A DNA stretch of 24,000 nt from Proteiniborus sp. DW1 (GTDB lineage Bacteria > Bacillota > Clostridia > Tissierellales > Proteiniboraceae): positions 18,473 to 42,472 of the forward strand of contig NZ_FMDO01000057.1 in assembly GCF_900095305.1 (NCBI RefSeq). The letters are read 5' to 3'. Every line of letters starts with the position of its first letter. Positions within the stretch are counted from its first letter, which is position 1. The notes beneath the pieces were generated by a model, which made no database searches, had not been told where the DNA came from, and saw nothing but the letters and a program-made list of their open reading frames with translations. Shown piece by piece: positions 8,474 through 15,209 of the stretch. Position numbers and translations under genes: made by a program.

Positions 8474-9853
8474 CTATTTGTCTCTAGAAGCTTCAGGATT
8501 GTTATTTAGAGCAGGAGATTTTGTTTTAAAAAAGCTTGGTATGATTAGAGCTAATACAAAAACTGCTGCTAGTACATATATGCCCATTTTTCCAAAAGCA
8601 TCTGCAGCTTTCCCGAATATAATTCCTAATACTCCAAAATCAAAGTCCCCAAATGTTGTATTTTGAAAACCTAAGTTTCCTAGTACAGGTAAAAGTAAAG
8701 CAGGAAGGAACGTTATGGCTAATCCGTTGACAAAAGCTCCTATCATTGCACCTCTTTTACCACCTGTTGCATTCCCATATATTCCTGCTGTAGCTCCACA
8801 GAAGAAATGAGGAATCAATCCTGGGATGATTAATACTCCTCCTACTACACCTAAAATAACCATTCCAATAACTCCACCTATAAAGCTAAAAAGAAATCCT
8901 ATGATAACTGCTGTTGGTGCATAAGTAAAGAATACTGCACAGTCAACTGCTGGCACTGCATTTGGAATAATTTTTTGGGTTATTCCTTGGAATGCAGGAA
9001 TTAAATCTCCTAGAATCATTCTTACTCCGCTATAAACAATAGTTACTCCTACAGCAAATTTTAACGCAGTCATTAGTGAAAAAACTATAAAGTTTGTACC
9101 ACCTGATATTCCTGAAACAAACTCAGACCCCGCAGCAATTGCAGCTACAAGATAAAATACCATCATAGTTATTGCAGTAGAAATAGTTGTATCTCTTAAA
9201 AAACCAAATTTTTCGGGAATATTTATTTTTTCAGTACTATCTTCAGGCTTTCCTACCAATTTCCCAATCCAACCTGATAGATAGTAGCCAAGGCTTCCAA
9301 AGTGACCCATAGCTATGTCATCGCCATCAGTAACCTTAAGTGTGTATTTTTGTCCTATTGCTGGTGATATTGCACTCCAAGCTCCTAAGATAAATCCGCC
9401 AACACCTATTAGTAATGCTCCATCTAATCCTCCAGTACTTAATACAGCAGATAATAAACAAGCCATAAAGAAAGTATGATGTCCACTCAAGAAAATGTAC
9501 TTATATTTTGTAAATCTAGCAATTATTAAATTGAAAATCAATCCAAATAATAAAATGAACATAGTTTCTACACCTAGGACATTTTGAGCTATTGCCACTA
9601 TTGCCTCATTGTTTGGTACTACCCCTGTAATATTAAATCCATGCTCAATCATTTGCCCTAAAGGTTCAAGATTAGCTACAATAAAATCTGCACCTGCTCC
9701 CAGCATTAGATATCCCAAAATAGGTTTCAATGTACCTGTCATAATTTTGTTAAAGGGTCTTCTAAGTGCCAATAATCCAATTAATGAAATGAGTCCCATA
9801 AGTAACGCAGGCTGTGTCAAGATATCATTAGATATAACCTTTAAAATATCCAT
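8474..9853 (-). CDS. PTS EIIC, L-ascorbate (UlaA/SgaT) family
   Basis: 459-aa polytopic membrane protein. The N-terminus MDILKVISNDILTQPALLMGLISLIGLLAL and the glycine-rich TM pattern match UlaA/SgaT-type EIIC from memory. Confidence 0.9.
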   Translation of the reverse strand: MDILKVISNDILTQPALLMGLISLIGLLALRRPFNKIMTGTLKPILGYLMLGAGADFIVANLEPLGQMIEHGFNITGVVPNNEAIVAIAQNVLGVETMFILLFGLIFNLIIARFTKYKYIFLSGHHTFFMACLLSAVLSTGGLDGALLIGVGGFILGAWSAISPAIGQKYTLKVTDGDDIAMGHFGSLGYYLSGWIGKLVGKPEDSTEKINIPEKFGFLRDTTISTAITMMVFYLVAAIAAGSEFVSGISGGTNFIVFSLMTALKFAVGVTIVYSGVRMILGDLIPAFQGITQKIIPNAVPAVDCAVFFTYAPTAVIIGFLFSFIGGVIGMVILGVVGGVLIIPGLIPHFFCGATAGIYGNATGGKRGAMIGAFVNGLAITFLPALLLPVLGNLGFQNTTFGDFDFGVLGIIFGKAADAFGKMGIYVLAAVFVLALIIPSFFKTKSPALNNNPEASRDK

Positions 9854-9903
9854 TCCCTTACCCCCTTATAATATTAATTCAGGACAATTAATACTTACAC
9901 TGA

Positions 9904-10185
9904 CTACTTCATACCTGCTTTTTCTAATAATATTTCTAGTATATCTTCTTGTATTTTTTTCTTGTTAACATAGCTTCGTACTACAATAACGTCTCTATCA
10001 TCAAATTGTTCAGCTAGTTCTTTGACAGTAATTAGAAAATCACAAGTCTTCCCTTGTGCCGAGTTAAAATCTGTAGATTCTACCACAGCTTTAATTCCAT
10101 TCTCTTCACAAATCTCTTCTACTTTTGTTTTTAACATTATGCTACTACCAATACCATTTCCACATACAGTATAAATCTTTAGCAC
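9904..10185 (-). CDS. PTS EIIB, ascorbate (UlaB/SgaB) family
   Basis: Cys loop KIYTVCGNGIGSSIMLK. I place the start at GTG 10185, which has GGAGGAGGA 5 nt upstream. The longer track ORF (to 10230) would overlap the regulator and has no SD. Confidence 0.85.
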   Translation of the reverse strand: MLKIYTVCGNGIGSSIMLKTKVEEICEENGIKAVVESTDFNSAQGKTCDFLITVKELAEQFDDRDVIVVRSYVNKKKIQEDILEILLEKAGMK

Positions 10186-10217
10186 AAAAATCCTCCTCCT
10201 TTCTCCTTTGATTATGT

Positions 10218-12335
10218 TTATTTGCTGCATTCTTCAATAACTTTTATCACCTCACCTTTGCTTTTAGCATCTATTATTCTACTAATGTACTCTTCATTTT
10301 CTAAAAGAACCATCAGTTCAGATAGTGCTCTTAAATGAGTTTTAGAGTCTATTGAACAAAATGATATCACAAGTTTTACAGGATCATGATCAGCATTCCC
10401 AAATTCAATAGGCTTCTGCAAAGTAATTAAACTCATTGCCACTTTTAAAGCTCCGTCTTCAGGTCTAGCATGGGGCATCGCAATTCCTTCAGCTATTACT
10501 ATATAAGGGCCTATCTCCTTTACGCTGTTAATCATTGCATCTATATATCGGTTTTCTATCGCTTCATGTTTTATTAATAGCTCTCCACCTTTTCTCACGA
10601 CTTCTTCCCAAGTATTTGCTTCTACATTTAGGTCAATTGTATCCTCTGTAATTAAATCCATTAACATAGGTCCCTCATCTCCATCTAGTTCTTTTATTAC
10701 ACCAATATTTAAAATGTTATACAAATCCTTTTCAAGTTTTTGGTAATTTTTTATTTCACAGCTTTGCTCTATTACTTTTATTAGTCCTCTTATCTCAATT
10801 TTACTTTTTTTCGATTTTAGGAACATTTTATTCAGTAATTGAAAATTCTCATCTGTAAGTATTGGACTTACATTGATACTTTTTATATTTATATCTTTAT
10901 TTATTGGAACTGTAGATATTATTACATCAACATCATCAGTTACATATCTATCAAGCTGTCTATATGATATTTTGCCTACTATATCTACGTCAAACATAGA
11001 CTGAATCTGAACAGAAATCAGCTCTGATGTACTGACTCCAGCATTGCATACTATCAATACTTTGGGCTTAGAAAATGTAGCAGCCTTTTCTCTCTCAATA
11101 GCAGCTCCAAAATGTATTGTAAGAAAACCTATTTCTTCATCATTTAGCTTTGCACTTGCATAGTTTTCAATAGGCTCGATACTTTCTTTTACAATTTCAA
11201 ATAAGTATTTATAATTATCTTGTATATTTTTAAGCATTGGATTTTCAAGCCTTATGCCATACTTTAATCTATAAATCATTGGATCTATATGCTTTAAGAG
11301 ACTGGTAAAAAGTTTCTTATCATGAATAATATCTACAGCTATTTTTTTATTGACTTCTTGAATAATCTTCTTTACGATTAGCTGTAAATAAATCCATTCT
11401 CCCTGTGTATCTTTGTCTATTTCTGAAAGGTTTCCACCTAAGAAATGGGTTGCAATATATGCAATCTCATCCTCACACATCTTTATACTGAAATAGTCCT
11501 CAATTATTTCTACAAAATTTCTAACTACATTAAATTCTTTAGTACCTCTTAGCTTTTCTTTTTCCTGCTCTGTTAAAGTTATTCTATTTCCTCTTTTTAA
11601 TCTGTTTATTGTAATACACATATTTGCCACTATATTGGCATAAGCAACATCTGAATACCCTATACCTAATTCACTTTCCATAATATTTGCACAATTTTCC
11701 ACAAATGGAATGTCAATTCTTTGCTTAAGTCTTGATACTAGCCTTCTATACCTAAAATTTTCTCGTTTAAGTCTTGATTTATCTTTCCCTACATCTTGAG
11801 CTCTATATACATATTCAAGCCACATTTCTGATAATATATTTCTAATGTTCTTCTCTTTTCCTTCTAACTTCAATCCCTGACCAAAAACAGGATTTAATGA
11901 AATATCATGCTTCTCTAATATCTGCCTAACAGCTTTTAAATCTTTGTTTATTGTACTTCTGCTTACCATTAATTTGTCGCTAAGACTTTCAATAGTGACA
12001 TAATTGTCAGCTTCTACAAATTCTAATATTATTAGTTTAATTCTTTCATCTGGGGATAGAACATAGTTATATTCGTTTATGCTTTCTAGTAACTCCGCTA
12101 CCCTTTTTCTTTCAGTCTCAGTTCCACTAAAATGTACTCCTACTCTGGGCTTCCTATCTAGCTTAGAAAGCTTATGAAATATTAAAAAATCATCTATTAA
12201 ATCTAAATCATACCTGATAGTCCTATTACTGACCATCATTATCTTCTGTAAGTCAGATATTGTATGAGGAGTTTGACTGTTTATCAAATATGTAAGTATC
12301 TGTGCAGCTCTTTTGTAAAGTATAATAGCTTTCAC
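10218..12335 (-). CDS. PRD-domain PTS regulator (MtlR/LicR-like) with EIIB-like and C-terminal EIIA-2 domains
   Basis: 705 aa. It has an N-terminal HTH region (SDLQKIMMVSNRTIRYDLDLI) and central PRD-like repeats. An EIIB-like segment follows (PKVLIVCNAGVSTSELI), then a C-terminal EIIA(Mtl/Fru class) domain with GIAMPHARPEDG. The track start is GTG. Confidence 0.9.
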   Translation of the reverse strand: MKAIILYKRAAQILTYLINSQTPHTISDLQKIMMVSNRTIRYDLDLIDDFLIFHKLSKLDRKPRVGVHFSGTETERKRVAELLESINEYNYVLSPDERIKLIILEFVEADNYVTIESLSDKLMVSRSTINKDLKAVRQILEKHDISLNPVFGQGLKLEGKEKNIRNILSEMWLEYVYRAQDVGKDKSRLKRENFRYRRLVSRLKQRIDIPFVENCANIMESELGIGYSDVAYANIVANMCITINRLKRGNRITLTEQEKEKLRGTKEFNVVRNFVEIIEDYFSIKMCEDEIAYIATHFLGGNLSEIDKDTQGEWIYLQLIVKKIIQEVNKKIAVDIIHDKKLFTSLLKHIDPMIYRLKYGIRLENPMLKNIQDNYKYLFEIVKESIEPIENYASAKLNDEEIGFLTIHFGAAIEREKAATFSKPKVLIVCNAGVSTSELISVQIQSMFDVDIVGKISYRQLDRYVTDDVDVIISTVPINKDINIKSINVSPILTDENFQLLNKMFLKSKKSKIEIRGLIKVIEQSCEIKNYQKLEKDLYNILNIGVIKELDGDEGPMLMDLITEDTIDLNVEANTWEEVVRKGGELLIKHEAIENRYIDAMINSVKEIGPYIVIAEGIAMPHARPEDGALKVAMSLITLQKPIEFGNADHDPVKLVISFCSIDSKTHLRALSELMVLLENEEYISRIIDAKSKGEVIKVIEECSK

Positions 12336-12477
12336 TTCCCTTACAATTTATTAATATTTCTTAGTATAAATATATCATTTATGAATTTACTATAGAAGTT
12401 TATTATTTGTTGTTTCAAAATGTGGCAAAAGTAGCTTTACCTTAGATAATTTACTTAAATCAATAAACAACTAAAGC

Positions 12478-12495
12478 ACCTACAATATTGTAGGT
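12478..12495. repeat. 18-bp perfect palindrome ACCTACAATATTGTAGGT
   Basis: Read directly from the sequence. It lies ~145 nt upstream of the PRD regulator start and downstream of the GNAT fragment. It could be an operator or a second terminator stem. Confidence 0.4.
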
Positions 12496-12521
12496 ACTAA
12501 ATTAAAAATCATTGGTTATGT

Positions 12522-12544
12522 AAAAAAATACCCTAATAGGGTAT
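12522..12544 (-). terminator. rho-independent terminator (probably the original terminator of the GNAT remnant)
   Basis: In minus sense: ATACCCT-ATT-AGGGTAT followed by TTTTTTT. Confidence 0.55.
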
Positions 12545-12742
12545 CAGGCTTCTCGAAATTCAAAATACAAATTTGCTTATTTCCTTCAGGGGTACAGTCT
12601 TGGTTCTCTCCAGTTAAATCATTTCAATAGTTACTAAAAGTTTTCTTTTCTATCTGAGGTTAGTACTTAAATCTTTATTTTGTGTTCATACCTATATATT
12701 AACATCAAGGCTCAATAATCAGAATATAAAAACCACTTCAAG

Positions 12743-12946
12743 TTAAAGCAGTTCACCGTTTTCATTATAGAATGAATCGCAGAATCTCATGACACCACAA
12801 ACCTTACCTACATTATTTTTGTTTAAGAAAAGAATCTTTAGGTATTCATTTTCAGGATTATTTTCTGATAAAATAATATTATATTGTAATGCAGGCTCAA
12901 ATCCAAACTGCAAATAGTAATATCCCCCTGTTAATGCAATGTGGAA
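12743..12946 (-). pseudogene. 3' fragment of a YhbS-type GNAT acetyltransferase gene
   Basis: An open frame of 67 codons reads FHIALTGGYYYLQFGFEPALQYNIILSENNPENEYLKILFLNKNNVGKVCGVMRFCDSFYNENGELL*. This resembles only the C-terminal third of YhbS-like GNATs (YY..FGF.PA ... G.V.....F). There is no start codon and no N-terminal domain. Confidence 0.5.
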
Positions 12947-13299
12947 CTAGGCTTTTCAGAATGTATTCCATCTTCAGATATACATATTTTTCTGTTCCCA
13001 AACATATCTCCTTTACTTCCTTCCTTAAGGAGCCACTTAATCCTTAATCTAAATAACCAATAAAAAAATGGATTAAAGATTAATACTACGATTATTGCTA
13101 ATATTAAAGAAATAATAAATTCAATAATACTGTATCTATGAAATACAATTTTTGATGAAATCAATATTAAAAGCCCCAATAATAACCTTGTTATCACCAA
13201 CATTCTAGTTGATGACTTAGATGTGTTGAAAAAATGCAAATTAAAACTAATATAGTCTTGCTCGGTAAGTTCATATTCAAAGTTATACATACTTTCCAC
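12931..13299 (-). CDS. YcxB-like membrane protein, probably 3'-truncated
   Basis: 122 aa. The N-terminal FEYELTEQDYISFNLHFF and two TM helices are typical of YcxB-like proteins. The ORF ends where family members, as I recall them, continue for ~50 more residues. Confidence 0.6.
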   Translation of the reverse strand: MESMYNFEYELTEQDYISFNLHFFNTSKSSTRMLVITRLLLGLLILISSKIVFHRYSIIEFIISLILAIIVVLIFNPFFYWLFRLRIKWLLKEGSKGDMFGNRKICISEDGIHSEKPSSTLH

Positions 13300-13331
13300 C
13301 TCTATAAATAATAATAAAATTTCTCTAAGCT

Positions 13332-13730
13332 TTACTTTTTCTTAAATGCTTCACTTTTAAAAAAATCCTTTAAAAATGATGTCCCTACAAATAATAGAAC
13401 AAATAATATGGAAAATTCATTTCTTTTTAATACAGCCTCGATATTTCCCTTATCATACCTTTTAAAACTGAGATAACCTAAAACTGCAAAAGCAACTACT
13501 TGTATAATATCTATTAATGCTAAATATATATTTGTAGTAAATTGCTTTCTCTTTATATCAACATGGGTTTCATATATCATAAGGATAAGTACTAGTGCTC
13601 CAACTATAATAGCAATTAAATCTCTTATCTCATTTGAAAAAGCTAAGCTAATAAACCTTGGTAAAGATAATAATATTATAAATAAAATAGTAAAGAGAAT
13701 TTTAATAATATTTTTATTGGTGTAACTCAT
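13332..13730 (-). CDS. hypothetical 4-TM membrane protein
   Basis: 132-aa ORF with four hydrophobic segments. SD AAAGGAAG lies upstream of the ATG. I recognise no family. Confidence 0.6.
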   Translation of the reverse strand: MSYTNKNIIKILFTILFIILLSLPRFISLAFSNEIRDLIAIIVGALVLILMIYETHVDIKRKQFTTNIYLALIDIIQVVAFAVLGYLSFKRYDKGNIEAVLKRNEFSILFVLLFVGTSFLKDFFKSEAFKKK

Positions 13731-13756
13731 ATTTCTCTTCCTTTCAATAAAAGATG

Positions 13757-13914
13757 TCAGCTAATAATTTTTCTCCTTATATCGTATTGAATTTCATTAT
13801 CCTTTATAGCTTTCTTTAAAGACAATACTTCTTCATTTTTTGCTAAGAGCAATAATAGAATTACGGTACTATAAATTACAAATAATAATAATAATAAAAT
13901 ACGTTTTTTCCCAT
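13757..13914 (-). CDS. small single-pass membrane protein ORF requiring a -1 shift (or 1-nt indel) in an A6 tract at codons 3-4
   Basis: SD AAGGGAG (13921-13927) is followed 6 nt later by ATG 13914. The zero frame gives MGKNVFYYYYYL* (stop 13876-13878). The -1 frame from CGT 13903 is open to TGA 13757 and reads RILLLLLFVIYSTVILLLLLAKNEEVLSLKKAIKDNEIQYDIRRKIIS. Confidence 0.3.
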
Positions 13915-13953
13915 ACCCATCTCCCTTATTACTTCTTAAAACTCTGCAACAAT

Positions 13954-13976
13954 GTTATGCAACGGTGCTAACTCAT
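13954..13976. repeat. left arm of 23-bp inverted repeat (GTTATGCAACGGTGCTAACTCAT)
   Basis: It is the reverse complement of 14732-14754 at 21 of 23 positions, read directly from the sequence. Confidence 0.85.
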
Positions 13977-14040
13977 CTCCAATAGTTTAATCTAATAAGA
14001 TCAATTTTTACTTGTACATATAATGTCAACTAATATAATT

Positions 14041-14355
14041 TTAGCAGTTCATTAGTTTTATTATTTCTTCTATACTATCTGCCTGAGAATCATATTCTGC
14101 TATTATATTAACTTTTCGTGAACCACATTTTACACATTGATGTACTATCTGAATCCCTTTTTTGGATGAATTCTTAATGCCTATTGGCTTCATTAAAGCC
14201 ATACACATGCTTTGTCTATCTCCAGGCTTATTATCTACATGTTTAGAATATAAACAAAATGGACAATGATTTCTGTAACTACCGTTTTTTAATGGCAAGA
14301 CAACTTGTCCGCAATTTTCACAAATAAACCCTTTGTTTTCTTGTTCTCTACTCAA
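14041..14355 (-). CDS. RNHCP-domain zinc-ribbon protein
   Basis: 104 aa. Contains CENCG...YRNHCPFC...HQCVKCG, i.e. the literal RNHCP motif plus CxxC pairs. TTG start with SD GAGGGG 8 nt upstream. Confidence 0.85.
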   Translation of the reverse strand: MSREQENKGFICENCGQVVLPLKNGSYRNHCPFCLYSKHVDNKPGDRQSMCMALMKPIGIKNSSKKGIQIVHQCVKCGSRKVNIIAEYDSQADSIEEIIKLMNC

Positions 14356-14731
14356 AATAGCTTCCCCTCTCTTGATTTATTTGCTAAATCAAGAAATGGG
14401 TTCCGTTTTATTCTTTAATTTAGGCTTGAATGAACAAGTGACAAATTCACCGCCATTCCTTTAGGGTTAGCGATTACTTCCAGTTCCAGCTTCATTAAGG
14501 CATTTTTCATCCTTAAATCCGAACCATGATTAACTTTGTCTTACTTTGTATTAATCACTGTAAGGCGGGTGGGGCCCACCTTCCACTGGTATGTGTAGTT
14601 TCATTCTCACTAACATTGGCGTTCGTCCCCAATTAGCTTTGAGTAAAGAATAATACTTTGTTGCTCAAGTTTTCACTTCCTTCTTTCTGTCACAAGATAT
14701 CAAAAAATTGACCCCATAAACACTCTTAGAA
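14356..14731 (-). ncRNA. long structured 5' leader / candidate cis-regulatory RNA of unknown class
   Basis: This is a visibly GC-enriched island in AT-rich DNA. Hairpins (plus coordinates) lie at 14610-14636, 14562-14582 (AAGGUGGG-CCCCA-CCCGCCUU), 14526-14558, 14495-14516, 14428-14458 and 14364-14400. Several contain G.U pairs that exist only in minus sense. No long ORF is present. Confidence 0.45.
14364..14400 (-). promoter_or_regulatory. SD-sequestering hairpin immediately upstream of the RNHCP start
   Basis: In minus sense: CCCAUU-UCUUGAUUUA-GCAA-UAAAUCAAGA-GAGGGG. A 10-bp perfect stem is extended by CCC:GGG plus U.G and U-A pairs, so the GAGGGG SD is base-paired. No U-tract follows, so this is not a terminator. 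Confidence 0.55.
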
Positions 14732-14754
14732 ATGAGTTAGTACTGTTGCATAAC
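14732..14754. repeat. right arm of 23-bp inverted repeat (ATGAGTTAGTACTGTTGCATAAC)
   Basis: Partner of 13954-13976. It ends 9 nt from the stop of the TIM-barrel gene fragment. Confidence 0.85.
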
Positions 14755-14763
14755 GCTCCGTAT

Positions 14764-15010
14764 TTACACAGGCTCTGTACTATTATCTTTTCGTATTTCA
14801 TTCATACTTTCGTAAGGAGCATGTATATTTTCTATTTCTACCCCAGATTTTCTAGCTAGGCCAGGTAATAATTCTTTTTCTCCATTTATATCTCTTAAAC
14901 TCATCTCCCCACCAAAGCATGACACAATCAAATCCAGCTTCTCTTATTAAGCTAAATCTCTTTTTGCTTTCTATTGCATATCCAAACCTATAATCTAGCC
15001 CCGTTTTCAT
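14764..15010 (-). pseudogene. 5' fragment (frameshifted, truncated) of a xylose-isomerase-like TIM-barrel sugar phosphate isomerase/epimerase gene
   Basis: SD GAGGGAG plus ATG 15010 opens MKTGLDYRFGYAIESKKRFSLIREAGFDCVMLWWGDEFKR. A +1 shift near 14895 is needed to continue DINGEKELLPGLARKSGVEIENIHAPYESMNEIRKDNSTEPV*. Only ~85 of the expected ~270 residues are present. The family call is from memory. Confidence 0.5.
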
Positions 15011-15155
15011 AGTCTCCCTCTATTTTTTCTTTTTTCATTCCGCCATAGGATGCGGTGGTCAATTTTTATGGGATTTTATATAACATCATTCTTTGTGATT
15101 TTGAGATTTTTTTACTTTTCTGGGTTGCAACTTCTTTTAAAATTTACCATCTTTA

Positions 15156-15164
15156 TGGTATAAT
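15156..15164 (+). promoter_or_regulatory. extended -10 promoter element TGGTATAAT
   Basis: A perfect TGnTATAAT lies ~45 nt upstream of the ATG at 15210. The -35 is weak (TTTAAA at 17-nt spacing). Confidence 0.5.
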
Positions 15165-15209
15165 GTCAAGTATATGATATTATATATAAATATGGAAAGA
15201 TGGTGAAAA

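Noticed and set aside
10186-10230. 15-codon N-terminal extension of the PTS IIB ORF (MQQINIIKGERRRIF).
   Set aside because: It has no SD and would overlap the regulator's 3' end. A GGAGGAGGA SD is correctly spaced for the GTG at 10185, giving the canonical MLKIYTVCGNG-type N-terminus.
12545-12700. Slightly GC-richer patch (CTGGAGAGAACCAAGACTGTACCCCTGAAGG in minus sense) as a possible small riboswitch or sRNA.
   Set aside because: I could find no stable helices or known motif and no downstream gene for it to regulate. It lies in the 3' region of the GNAT remnant upstream of its terminator.
12743-12933. Possible stop-codon read-through or C-terminal continuation of the YcxB-like ORF past its TAA at 12931.
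   Set aside because: The in-frame continuation is short and meaningless. The long open frame downstream is in a different frame and reads as a GNAT C-terminus (YYYLQFGFEPA...). The simpler explanation is two truncated genes abutting at a deletion junction.
14540-14667. Short ORFs inside the leader, for example ..KANWGRTPMLVRMKLHIPVEGGPHPPYSD* and MKLELEVIANPKGMAVNLSLVHSSLN*.
   Set aside because: They have no convincing SD and I recognise no family. They overlap the most stable hairpins, so they are more likely by-products of a GC-rich structured RNA. A decayed coding remnant cannot be fully excluded without tblastx.
14356-14731. Cobalamin riboswitch (CTGTAAGG and CCACTGG strings), T-box (GGUGG..ACC.CGCC string) or c-di-GMP aptamer (GGGGACGAACGCC, AAUUGGGGAC).
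   Set aside because: The cobalamin-like strings are on the wrong (plus) strand and in the wrong order, and there is no B12 box or GGGAA..GGTG.AA.TCC core. The T-box-like string is interrupted and forms a closed hairpin, and there is no specifier or terminator architecture. The c-di-GMP-like strings sit in a hairpin loop without the partner elements. The RNA is left unclassified.
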